The notes below the pieces were generated by a model. That model searched no databases and was not told where the DNA came from. It saw only the letters and a program-made list of their open reading frames with translations. This document shows positions 46,891 to 58,370 of a stretch of DNA of 64,000 bases, in pieces; position 1 is the first letter of the stretch; each line of letters opens with the position of its first letter. Both the position numbers and the translations under genes were made by a program. The DNA comes from Azolla caroliniana. Taxonomy: Eukaryota > Plantae > Polypodiophyta. Where the stretch lies: positions 7,254,001 to 7,318,000 of the forward strand of contig JBHGNT010000014.1 of NCBI GenBank assembly GCA_043228905.1. Reading direction: 5' to 3'.

Positions 46891-47048
46891 TGAAGATAAC
46901 AAGGGTTGTATTATCATCTTGTTTTAATAACAAAACATTGATTTACGAAAGAGAGAGAGAGAGAGAGACACACACACACACCCATCCAACCCAAAAGCCC
47001 TAGCTATCTACTAACCAATGCACAAGAAAAGAAAGAGAGAATAAAATC

Positions 47049-47150
47049 TAGGGTTAGGGTTTGGGCCAGAGGATGTGTATAAAATGCGAAAGGAGGACGC
47101 ACATGTTCTCGTCGATGTCATTCTTCCTAAGCTAGGAGAGATATGTGTCT

Positions 47151-47198
<48 letters not shown>
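47049..47198 (+). promoter_or_regulatory. Possible host Pol II core promoter
   Basis: Telo-box TAGGGTTT 47055-47062, site II TGGGCC 47062-47067, TATAAAA 47078-47084, then (CT)n at about 47159-47198. Confidence 0.4.
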
Positions 47199-47201
<3 letters not shown>

Positions 47202-49687
47202 CGTAGGACGAAAGCGGAAGATCATTTACCCATCACTCAATCCTCGCATTTTTTTGTGCCTTTATGTCTTTCTGTCACTATTTGGTTTCTAATTTTGCTT
47301 CTCTGAGGTGTTGCCGCTGAAGGTTCAGAGATGTATCTATGGATATAGCTTTGAAGTTTCTTCTGTGGTGTCAAGGGAAGCATAGATTAAACGGTAGGTA
47401 TTCTACCCCAGTATTTAACAGATGTAGCCCTTGTTTGCTGTGGGCTTACGTTTACCTGTCTCCTGGAACATCTGAGTTGGAATGATTTGTACCACTCTAT
47501 TGCTTTCCTATGTATGTTTGTTTGCGTCTTCATCATCATCATCTTGCTGCCGTATTTAAGTTCAGTATGTCTGTTCTTAGTACTACCTCTCTCTGTTCAT
47601 TGTAGGAAACGCTACTTTTGTATTCTGTATTCTGTTGTGCGTATTGAAAATCTTTGTTCATTGTGAACTTCTGGGTCTAAGTGCCTGCTATTTCCATAGC
47701 CAGCTGTTGGAATAATCCGTCTACCTATACGAAATAGGCCAATGTTTGAACAAGTGATGCCCTCCCCAACGCCTCTTTGAAAGTCAATTTGTAGCTCAAA
47801 GATCGTAACATGCCTCACTTACAAGCTCTTAAATGTAGACATGTCGGATCCGATATACTCAATTATGGCCGAAAACTCAAATCCATAGTAATGTATCTCC
47901 TTTAAGAATTTATAAGATTAAAGGAATTTTAATCTTATATTATAAATCTAAACGTTGAACATCTGGTCATTTAGAGCAAAATAGTTTGCAGGCGGACCTT
48001 TGAAACGCTTGTAACCCTAGATGTGTAGTGTCTTAGCATTAAATAGCACATAAAACCTTTGAGGCATTGTTCGACAGTAGCGCACTCCCTTGCGAAGCTG
48101 AAACACGAATGTATAAAGAATAATTTCTGATAGCATGATTTATGGAAAGGTTCGAAGACGATAAACGTAGGGTATACACTGCGTTCTAATGCATGCGGGC
48201 GTACCACATCGGAAGCTGTAGAACATTTTCGAAGTTTAATATCATAAATTATAACTGGATGAGACTCTAGCTTTCAGATATCCTAGTTATCCGACAGACT
48301 CGCATGTTCCCTCTTTCCATATTGTTTTTAAGCGTTGTCACGATACTTATATATTCGCAAGCTATACTATAAATGTTGGAAATTTTAGATTTGGGAAATA
48401 GCTGTATAAATTTTGGAGTTTAAGATATATATACCTGGCATTGAAAACTTGCTCATTGAAAACCTGCCCTTCGATGTATGACATGAGCTGACAAATGGTT
48501 GCCCTAACACTTAAGAGTATTGTAGGTGTCGTTTGCCATATATTCATCTATATAGTATTCACGGAACTTCTATTGTATTTATGTCACACTTGCTTGTACA
48601 CCATTTTTACCTCGGTTGGCTATCTTCTGGACATCTCATATTTATAGACCTTGTGGTGTGAGGTCATCTCCTTTCAAATAAACTTGTCTAATTTCTCGAG
48701 GACCATTTGTATAGCAAGTGTTGGCATGTATTTGTTTAGGCCATTGACATCCATCCATTGTCGTTTAGATGGGACTTTCTTTCGTGAACATTTCACATGA
48801 GGGTTGTGTACGAGAACAGCTCGTTATCAAAATGGAGAGAGATAAGCACAGACAAGAGATAGAGATGTGTTGCCGGTCAAAAATCAAAGCAAGATCTGTA
48901 CACGATTTATCATGTGGAGAACTCAATAGAGTACGGTTCGGAAAGCAAGAGGCTGTGCAGCATATAATATTTTATTACAATTGCAATCGTTAATCACAAA
49001 GATGACATTTATTTCGTCCAAACTGTCAATCCAGTCCTTCACATTAATTTCGAGAAACAAGTGGCTTTGTAGATGAGATGGTTTGGTTTGTCGATTACTC
49101 TTGATTTATTTATTTGATCGATTGACTAACGCCTCAGTAGTTCCCTCCCCTCTTTACATTGGTGCAGACATCCATTTGGTGTTCATGCATTACATCTAAT
49201 GCTTGAGAGCTGTTTTGCTCATCCGAGTTCCCATATATGAAAATAGATTTAAGATATGTGCACTATGATGAGACATTACTTCAATTGCTTATATTCATTG
49301 TTTATAAGTACTTTGTAATTGATATGTTATTTGAGTTTGTTTTTATATCATAAAGCAATTGCTTTGCAATGCCTAGTCTTTTAATTCTTACTCTCCTTAA
49401 GCCTAGGTCTAACAATATAGGATTACAAAATGTTCACTATGGATGATGTTTGTATGCACTAACAAAATCCTCTATGTTGCAAACTGCCTAGCTAACTTAT
49501 TTTTGCTAGTTCTTGACCTACCCTCTTTGTGAGCTCGCCAATTAGCATGTTCATGTCAGTTCTTAATTGGCCCTCGCTACTAGCTAGCTCTTTGTTTGTG
49601 ATTGCTAACTGTTGTACACGGACCCTTGTTTTTAACTCTCATGCTTGTACATTCCTAGAGCTTTATTAATGACCAATAAGAACTGGT

Positions 49688-49860
49688 TCTCTAATGAAGT
49701 GATAATGCATTTCAATGTGCGTTGTGTGCACATGAAACATAGGGTTCGTTGCAAGTTGAATGTTCATGTTGCAATATAACATTGTATGCTTTTATCCCTG
49801 ATAAAGTAGAAGACACTTTAGCCAAATGAAGTCACAAGTAGCTATTGTTGCTCATTTGTA
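49688..49860 (-). pseudogene. Highly degenerate Copia RNase H remnant
   Basis: Minus strand translates LATNPMFHVHTTHIEMHYHFIRE. Confidence 0.75.
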
Positions 49861-49917
49861 TTTTGTTTGTGTGTTGGTTGCTTCCTTTGCTCCACGTTAT
49901 TGCTTTACTAGAATTTA

Positions 49918-50071
49918 TGGTTTACATTTTAGTGTGTCTTTATTTGAGATCACATTCTAATAATCCCTAAAATTGCGAATTACATGAAGCGTTTTGCATA
50001 GCTACTTAGTTATGTCAAGGACACAACTAATTATTGTCTTTCCCATGTTTTCACTCAATCGTGAGGTAGAT
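49918..50071 (+). repeat. Dispersed repeat of about 150 bp (second copy about 54867-55026)
   Basis: Shared blocks CTTTATTTGAGATCAC, ATAATCCCTA, TTTTGCATAGCTA, TCAAGGACACAACTA, TTCCCATG. Confidence 0.75.
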
Positions 50072-51165
50072 CAATCTTGTCAAATATTGGTGCATAACAG
50101 GCGCATTTACACTATCCCATTTTGACAGATTAGATTTACGACAATTATTCAAATATGTCAAAGGGGTGCTACCCTAGCTCCGTTTGTATATAACTGGTTG
50201 TGTAACCTAGTTCAAAATGTGCTTGTTATCACTATTTGAATAATACAATTTGTATGTTGTGTGGTGATCTTAAGTTCACTCTATCTCTCTTAGTTTCTTT
50301 GTTCAATCTACTTGATCTTGCCAAGTTGTCTACTAAGTAACCCAAATGAATTGTATTACTATTACTAATTATAAGATTGATGAGTCAGCGAAGTCTCAAG
50401 TCAATTGTTCCAAGGGAACCACAATGAAGTTTAATATGACTCTTGGTGTTCTTAATCATATAATGTTGTTTTGTATGCTACATCCTTGATGATTGACACC
50501 AACATCTAGTATTAGAGCACAAGGTTCGTTTCGCTACTAGTCGTCATCAGTTCCATCACTAAAACTTTAGTTTTGATCCTTGAATAACTCAAGATCTCTG
50601 ATATACATTGAACAAGGAAGCTTTTGTTAAGATTTCAGTCCGACTAAAATCTCATGATTTGACAACTTCATCGAACTTAATCGAAGAGTCAACTCTTTGA
50701 TTTACACTCTACTCGACTAGACCACACTACGAGTATGCTAGTAGGCTGTACCCATTGTTCTTGGTTGGTAGTCAGTCAGAGTGGAATCTTGAATCAGATG
50801 ACACCATCCGTGCTCTACTCAGCTAAGCGACATTCGGGAAGACCAATTGACTATCGCTCTACTCACTGTAGTCACTCCGTGCAAGATTGACGTCGAGATT
50901 GGAAATTAACCTAGCATTCAAAATTAAATCAGCAAACCAATTGACGTTATTCGTGCTCAACTTGGTTAGGCATCACAAATGGATAGACTAGTCGGCTCTA
51001 CTCCACATCTTGCCGAAATCACATCGAGATGAATTGGCTAAACTACTGACTAAGTTTGTGTCCGACTCGACTAGATCAAATTCGGGTGGACCAACTAGTT
51101 GCACCCTCCTACCGATTGTAGCCACCTTTGGACAAAACTTTTCGATCAATCAGCTCAAGCCTAGA

Positions 51166-51380
51166 ATGACATCCACATCCGGATCATCAGAGATGAGTCT
51201 CAAGAAGTTTGACGGATCGAACTTCAATTTATGGAAGGAGCAGATGCAAGACTACCTGATTGTGAAGGGTGAGATTGATCCAATTGAAACTGAAAATGCT
51301 CTAGATGGATACAAGCTGAATGAGTGGATGAAGCTAGATCGAATTGTTTGCGCCACCATTCAGATGCACCTATTTGAGTT
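51166..51380 (+). pseudogene. gag: Tork/Tnt1-like Copia gag N-terminus, interrupted by G and resuming at about 54567
   Basis: KFDGSNFNLWKEQMQDYL..EWMKLDRIVCATIQMHL, with YVYY..TFELWKTL-like sequence after G. Confidence 0.8.
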
Positions 51381-52240
51381 TGTAGCCGATCATATTACTA
51401 GAGTCGGAGTCGGAGTCGGGTCAGACAAGTATGAAAAGACAAGGTGAATAGTGTATTTTTATTAAATAGAAAATAGATTAGAAATAGAAGTGTTAGTTAG
51501 CTCAGTAGGATCTTGCCAAACAGACAAGTGTATGTTCTTGGAAAAGACTCTCAGATCACCTATTTGTATTAACATTGTATTAACATCATTCTATTTTGAT
51601 TAATGTAAGTTTTGGTAGTTAGTGTATCTGCTGTCTCGACTACTCTGTATAATTCCTTATTTATGGTATGTTCGGATTCGTTCTCTACTATACGTACATT
51701 ATATCTAATAGTCGATCAAGGTCTTACTCTGAATTACAATAATCAGATCTGTGTATACGGTTTTGAGTAAGCACATTCTACCGTTGACAAAAACACCATC
51801 CCTCCAACCACAATCATCTTGATAGAATGGTTCAATTATAGAACGTTCGATCCATTATGTCTGTTGGTTACATCAGTAGGCTATCGGCAGGGTAACACAA
51901 TATTTTGGCACACCCGGTTACATCTGTTATAAACGGAGAACAAGGAGGATGGATGTCGCCCAGTCGACATAATCCAGATCAGCATGCCAAGAGCTGAAGA
52001 CCTTGCACGAGATTCGAGAGCCGACATGCAAAAGAGGGTGAGTTGAATAGTTTGGAAGTTGTCGAGCCAATCCAGCAGGAAGCTGACGGGGAGTTGAGTG
52101 AACTTCCTCGGTTACATTTCAACAATTTGGAGGTTACTGAACAGGTCCAGCAGGAACCCGAAGGGGAATTAAGAGAAATTCCGTATTAGATACTGATAGT
52201 AGTTTTGACGAAGAACATTTCGACCAATAACAGGAAGATA

Positions 52241-52655
52241 CAATGCCGTATCCTTATCCCAAGTATAATGATGAGGATGACGCGGAAGCGCATGTACGTG
52301 CTTTCCTTATGACATGGCAGGCCAACCATGTATCTTAACGATTGTCATAGGCCGATGCTGACAAGTCTAAAAATCACAAAATTCGGATTGTCACTTGGTG
52401 GACAATAACTAATTAGTATTCTTTGCATCAAGAGGGCGAGTTTGGGTCTTTTAAATACTTAATACCAAATTTATCAGATTATTTCATTGACAAGTTCCAC
52501 AACGGGAACTTATGAGTCAATTTTATGCGATCTCTGAAGAAGCCCATGAGACCGTTCCACAATTTATTATTCGGTTTCAAAATCTCAAGAGACAGTTGGC
52601 AAGGAAACCTCTGGAAGATGATGTCAAAGAAACTTTCTTGTTGGCATTAAGAGAG
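52241..52655 (+). pseudogene. gag: gag remnant of G
   Basis: PYPKYNDEDDAEAHVRAFLMTWQANHVS vs E's QYSKYRDDPDAEAHVHAFEQTWEANHTS. Confidence 0.85.
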
Positions 52656-53165
52656 CAGAGCCTACACACACATTTAATAAATCAATAATAAATAAACCTA
52701 GGGCCTAATGGCATTGGGTGCTTATAGAGGGGTGCAAGTAAAATTTGAACCTTGCACCTTTAGCAATTAGCTTACCACTCAAGCTACTACTAAGTGCTTT
52801 AGATTTTGTATATTTCCTTGTCATATTCAATATTCCATAGGAAACAAACGTACAAAATCGTGTGCACAAAACCATGGTTTTAGCCCATGGTTTTGTGCAT
52901 GTCACAAGCATGGAGACACCTATAAAAGCCTCTAGTTCGGCTTGTGTAAAGGGGACAGAATATGTGATATCATTATCATCACCATCAATATAATCTTCTT
53001 CTTAATATTCTTCTTGAAATCTATCTTCTTCTTGAGTCTAAAAATCTTTGTTCTTTTCAAATGGGACATTGGTTTCCTCGATTGTAACATCCACATCATT
53101 GTCTTTTCGACAAATTTGCAAACGTCCTCCCTGGTCCGTGGCCCCGGTGGTCCCGCTCGTACTAG
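52656..53165 (+). repeat. Fragment of a foreign (D-like) LTR inside G
   Basis: Antisense tRNA-like module sharing GCAAGTAA..ATTTGAACCTTGCACCT with the D LTR, then TATAAAA near 52921 and a pyrimidine-rich tract. Confidence 0.5.
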
Positions 53166-53997
53166 TTGAAAAGGTGGAAATGAACACAAAATATGAGGAA
53201 TTGGCTAAGAAGTATGAGGAAAAGCGGTTTGTGCTATTGGTGGCCGAAGCCAAACTCTATAGTCTCAACGAATTGATACAAAATCATGTCGACAATTTAC
53301 AGAAGGAAATAGATGTTCTGAAGTACCAACACACTATGGGAAAGGGGATGGTAAGATGCATTCTATCAAGACACAAGCAGAAAATGAAGCAAATGATTAC
53401 CGAATCTCTCAATGAAGGCTGGAAAATGTGGTCAAAGGAAGTTGCCAAATTACAATTGCTAAGGGCCGGTCACGAAAGCCAGAAAAAACAAGGCCAAGGG
53501 TACTTCAAGATGGATGAGGAAGCCATCAGAACTGTGCAACAAGAGCTATATCCAATGATATATTTGAGCTAGCAACAAGCCACCAAGAAGAAATCACTAA
53601 GTTGCCGTAGGAACTCGACGACCAATAGATAGCAATCGTGGTGGAACTTGATGCTTATGAAAAAGAGTGCCGCCAACAAGAACGTGAAGAGGATGACAAG
53701 GATGTTGACGATGTAGGTCTGGATGATTCGGGGAACACGATACCACTCATCCCACACGATCAACAAGGAACGGACCAAGAGGAAGTTGAAGCAAGGCCAC
53801 AATCAGAGCCGGAGGAGGAATAAAATGAAAAGGAAACATCGCAAGCCAATGTAGTAGAACACGAAGACCAGGGGCCGACACTGCTAGATATTCTAATAGA
53901 TGATGAAAACGACGATGAAGAAGAGGAACTTGTCGAAGATGACATGCACAATGACATACAGGAAACCAACCCTGAGGATGTTGAGGAAAACGTTTGA
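53166..53997 (+). pseudogene. C-terminal remnant of G's extra ORF2
   Basis: GWKMWSKEVAKLQLLRAGHESQKKQG aligns with E's WWTKWATNAAELQMLRADVENRRKEG. Acidic tail follows. Confidence 0.75.
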
Positions 53998-55639
53998 AGG
54001 GTGTGGGTCCACCGTGCAAGGCATTGTCCCACAGGCGTGCCATGTGTGGCCAGTCGGATAACCAGAGTCGGAGTTGGAGTCGGATCGGACAAGTAATATG
54101 AAAAGACAATTGGAATAGTGTATTTGTATTAAATAGAAAATAGAGTAATTAGAAATAGAAGAGTTAGTTCGTTGTAGGATCTTGTTGAACAAGCAAGTGT
54201 ATGTTCTTGGAAAAGACTCTCAGATCACCTATAAAATAGGATCGAGAGCATTGTATCAACATCGTTCTATTTTGATTAATATAAGCTTTGGTAGTTAGTG
54301 TATCTGATGTGTCGACTACTCTATATAACTCCTTATTTATGGTATGTTCGGATTCATTCTCTGCTATACATATATTATATCAAATAGTCGATCAAGTTCC
54401 TACTATGAATTCCAGTAATCAGATATGTGTTTACGGTTTTGAGTAAGTGCATTCTACAGTTGGCAAAAACGCCATCCCTCCAACCACAATCATCTTGATA
54501 GAACGGTTCGGTTATAGAACGTTCGACCCATTGTGTCTATCAATTACATTAATAGGCTGTCGGCAAATACGTCTACTATAGGGTGCAGTTGTGTACGAGA
54601 CAACCTTTGAACTATGGAAAACATTGTTGCATTTGAGTGGTAGCTAAGGGTATGTGAGCGAACAATGGTGGTCGAGCGAACAATGGTGGAACGTTTGCAT
54701 GACAATTTCATGTAGAGTTGGTTGCAAGGAAGGTTGTAGAGGAATGAAAGCCTGAATCATATCCAACATGTTGCCAATGTGAGGTGGCAATGGATCATGC
54801 ATAATGGAGCATTGAATCTGCCGAGGACTTTGGTATACAATTAAACCATTCTAATATTTCCATTTATGGTGCACATTTATTTAAATACCTTTATTTGAGA
54901 TCACGTTTTCATAATCCCTATAATTGCAAAACAACTAAATCACATTCAGGTTTTTGCATAGCTAATTAGTTATCTCAAGGACACAACTAGTTGTTCCCAT
55001 TCCCATGCTTTCAGTCAAGGGTAGATAATAAAATTTCAAAAACCGAGGGGTATCAACCAAAATTTCGAAAACACAAGACTACTCACACAAATGAACGCAA
55101 AAGAAAAACACATACACACCCAACATAATTTTAAGACTTAACCGAAGTGAATGTGGCAATTGGTGTGTGATCCAATCGCAACGTTATTTTATGAATTGAA
55201 GGATAATGCTGAAGAGAATGTGCCAATTGGAGGGTAGATCCAATCGCAATGGTTAGTTTCATTAGAGATGCTGACCGAATAGGATGTTTGTGTCAAGCAT
55301 GTTCAGATCGAGGTTATTGATCAAAGAGAAGGGTTTCCATCGAGGAGCTCCGATTGAGGTTATTGATCGAAGAGAGGACCAATGGAGTTTTGGTCGACGA
55401 GAATTTGACATGGCAAGTGGGTTCAACATGCAATGCACTGTCCCACAAGCGTGCCATGTATTACTCGTATGGGATGTATGAAGGGATAAGGGTGAAAGAC
55501 AATAGTGTGAGTGTGTAATCAGTAATGTGTGAGTATGAGGATGAGTGTGTATGTACACATGCACATTTGTGTGCATGTGTACAACTATGAGAAAGTGTGC
55601 AAAAATGGTGTAACTACCCTACTTGTCTCTTTGTACAGT

Positions 55640-56746
55640 CTTGGTTTGTAATGATCACATTATTATTGACTTCGGATCCAAAGTGAGACAAGAAAGACAA
55701 ATTGAAATATACCAACAAGAACAAAAAAAATTGAAAAACAACAAAGAACACGGTACACAATATTTACGTGGAAACCCTAAACAGGGAAATACACGGGCAA
55801 CAGATCTGCACTATAAACAGAGGTACAGGAAGGAAGGACATAGATTACAATGACTCAGCTGAATAGAGTATTCACCCACGTAGGGTTTTGGCTAGTTTCC
55901 CTAAACTACACCTCTCTCACGCGCACTCTCGCGTCTCTTCCTACTCTCTTCTACACTCAACTACAGAAGCTCTATGCACATCATGACCACCATAAGTTTG
56001 CCCTACCTCTTCCTATTTATAATAGGGATATGATATCAATATTATTATTATTATTATTATTATTATTAGTACTATAATAATAACACTTAGGACCGACTGG
56101 TTGGCCTTGTCTTCGACCATCTGGTCGGCCTGACTTGTTAGCCTCTTCTTTGACTTGGAGCATCCATCCAATGTAGTCGACTCTCTATCTCCTTCAAACC
56201 AGTTGACCACCTTGCCAATCCGACTGACCATCCTATATCATTATTATTATTATACTAATAACAATTAATCAGCTCGACTTATTGGCCTTGTCTTTGACCA
56301 TCAGGTCGACTCGACTTGTCAGCCTCTTCTTCGACTTGGAGCATCCATCCAATGTAGTCGACTCTCTATCTCCTTCAAACTAGTTGACCACCTTGTCAAT
56401 CCGACTGACCATCCTGTATTCAGCTTGTTGATTTCTTCCTTGACTTTGACAGAGTCGGCTAGTCCTGTCTTCTGTTGACAGATTCTAATTCTGTCCATAG
56501 GTAGTGGTTTCGTAAGCATGTCAGACCCATTATCATCAATATGGATCTTTGCAAGGGTAAAGTCCCCCTCATCCACCTTCTCTTGTAGCTAGTGATACCT
56601 TCTCTATATGTGCTTGGTTAGATGTATGGCACTCGAACTATCACAATGGAGCAAGAAATTATCTTGCTTCATTCCCAGTAAAGCTCCTCATCCATAGCAG
56701 TTCCTTACCTGCCTCTATAGCACAACCATATATTCTGCCTCTATGG
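55640..56746 (-). mobile_element. 3' remnant of a Tork/Tnt1-like Copia (RNase H end plus LTR), boundaries approximate
   Basis: IEAEY and KIHIDDNGSDMLTKPLP on the minus strand. LTR-like CCCTGTTTAGGGTTT is shared with the 62802-63618 LTR. 181-bp-period duplication at about 56100-56418. Confidence 0.7.
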
Positions 56747-57230
56747 TGTCATGATAACACTCACATCATGCATCGAAAGGATCATGACACTCACATTATG
56801 CCTCGAAAGGATTTGCTTGTATGTATAATTTTTAGAATATGAAATCTAATATCATAGGAATATTCTATGTTACTCTACATTCTAGAATGACCTAGAATAT
56901 TCTAGAGTGTTCTGTACACTAGAACTTTCTAGAATACTCTAGAGATCTTCTAGATTACTCTACATTCTAGGATAACCTAGAATATTCTAGAGTGTTCTCT
57001 ATTACTTATAAATTGGGATACACCACTCATCCCAAACCTAAATTGGTTCAACGCCATTTTGTAGTACTCAGTTGCCTACTCTTTGTATCCATTTACTCTT
57101 CAATATAATAATTCCTTTTCAATTATCTCTCTCTCTCTCTTGATAGTTTGAACCAATTTTTCTTTCATTTCTTCATCTTCCACAAACCCTAACAAGTTCT
57201 CTTCTTCCTTCTCCTCTCCTCTCGTAATCT

Positions 57231-58331
57231 ATGGAGTCTGTGAGCAAACAAGAAGACATGCTCACGAATAAATTTGTGGCATTAGAGCATGAGAATCAAA
57301 GGCTACTTGGAGACCTACAACAAGTGAGCACCGAAAAAGCTCAACAATATGAAGAGTTATCACAATGGGTTCATCAACTCGAGGCGATTATATTGTCATT
57401 ACGAGAACAAGTGTCGGGGGCTCAGAACTCCCCTAGAGAGCCAAAGATTAGCCTCCCCACCAAGTTTGATGGTACGAGGTCTTTATTTCGAGGCTTTTTG
57501 AATCAAGTTCGTCTGGTTATTTAGGTACATCCCAATCAGTATCCAACTGACGGTGCTTGTGTGGGATTAGTGGGAACTTTGCTATGCAGTACGATTTTAG
57601 CATGGTTGACACCACTTCTCGAGAAGAAATCACCATTGCTGGAGGATTTCGAGGCATTTGTTAAAGAGTTTCAAGCTAGTTTCGGAGACACTAACAACAC
57701 TAGGACAACAATAAACAAGATTCGAAGGCTCCGACAAGGAGATCGTCCCACTTCGGCTTACGCAGCCGATTTCCGTCTCTTGGCATGCGATATCCCTTGG
57801 GATGAGGCGGCCTTAATGGATCAATTCCGTCAAGGTTTGCGAGATGATGTCAAAAATCTTCTTATTACTTTCCCTGAAGATCCGAAGTTACTTATAGAAG
57901 CCATTAGTTGAGCCGTGCGATGTGATAATCGCCTATTTGAGCGACGTTCTAAGCGCCAACAAATGTTACGCCGCCAACCTGAACAGACTTACGCTTCCGT
58001 AGTCGCAACGCCTCCACAAGTCTCTAGACCCATTACAAGGGATGGCCCAACTCCGATGGAAATAGAGTCAACACAACCACGTGGGTCTCTATCAGATACT
58101 GAGAAGCAACGACGTCGAGCGCATCGCCTCTGCCTGTATTGTGGCGGTCCAGGACATATAGCTGTAAATTGTCCACATAAACCTAGGCGTCAAGTATATC
58201 AAGTAAGTGCCCATGAAAACCCTACATCGAGTTCCATTGTTACTACTAATAACATAAGTAAGCCTCATAGTCCATGCAAGGAGAATAGATTTGATGTCTT
58301 GAGCCAATTAGAGGATGCGTTAAACGAGTAA
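57231..58331 (+). pseudogene. gag: gag of H
   Basis: EPKISLPTKFDG, LRQG, GPTPMEI, CLYCGGPGHIAVNCP. Two in-frame stops. Confidence 0.92.
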
Positions 58332-58370
58332 GTCCGGCCAAAATAGGAGTCATTTGGCTGGACCATCCTA
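58319..58370 (+). promoter_or_regulatory. Putative -1 frameshift signal of H (G_TTA_AAC plus pseudoknot)
   Basis: Heptamer 58319-58325, 6-nt spacer, 11-bp stem 58332-58342/58353-58363, loop TAGGA pairing with TCCTA 58366-58370. The -1 frame is open into the protease. Confidence 0.85.

Larger units (their letters stand above)
42256..46968 (+). mobile_element. L1-clade LINE #2, near full length but degenerate
   Basis: ORF1 and ORF2 remnants in L1 order, flanked by (GA)n tracts. Confidence 0.9.
51381..54566 (+). mobile_element. Internally deleted Gypsy element G, same lineage as E
   Basis: Diverged LTR pair 51381-51897 and 54045-54566 (right end eroded, no TSD seen). PBS TGGCACACCCGGT at 51906-51918. 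gag and ORF2 remnants are homologous to E. Confidence 0.85.
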
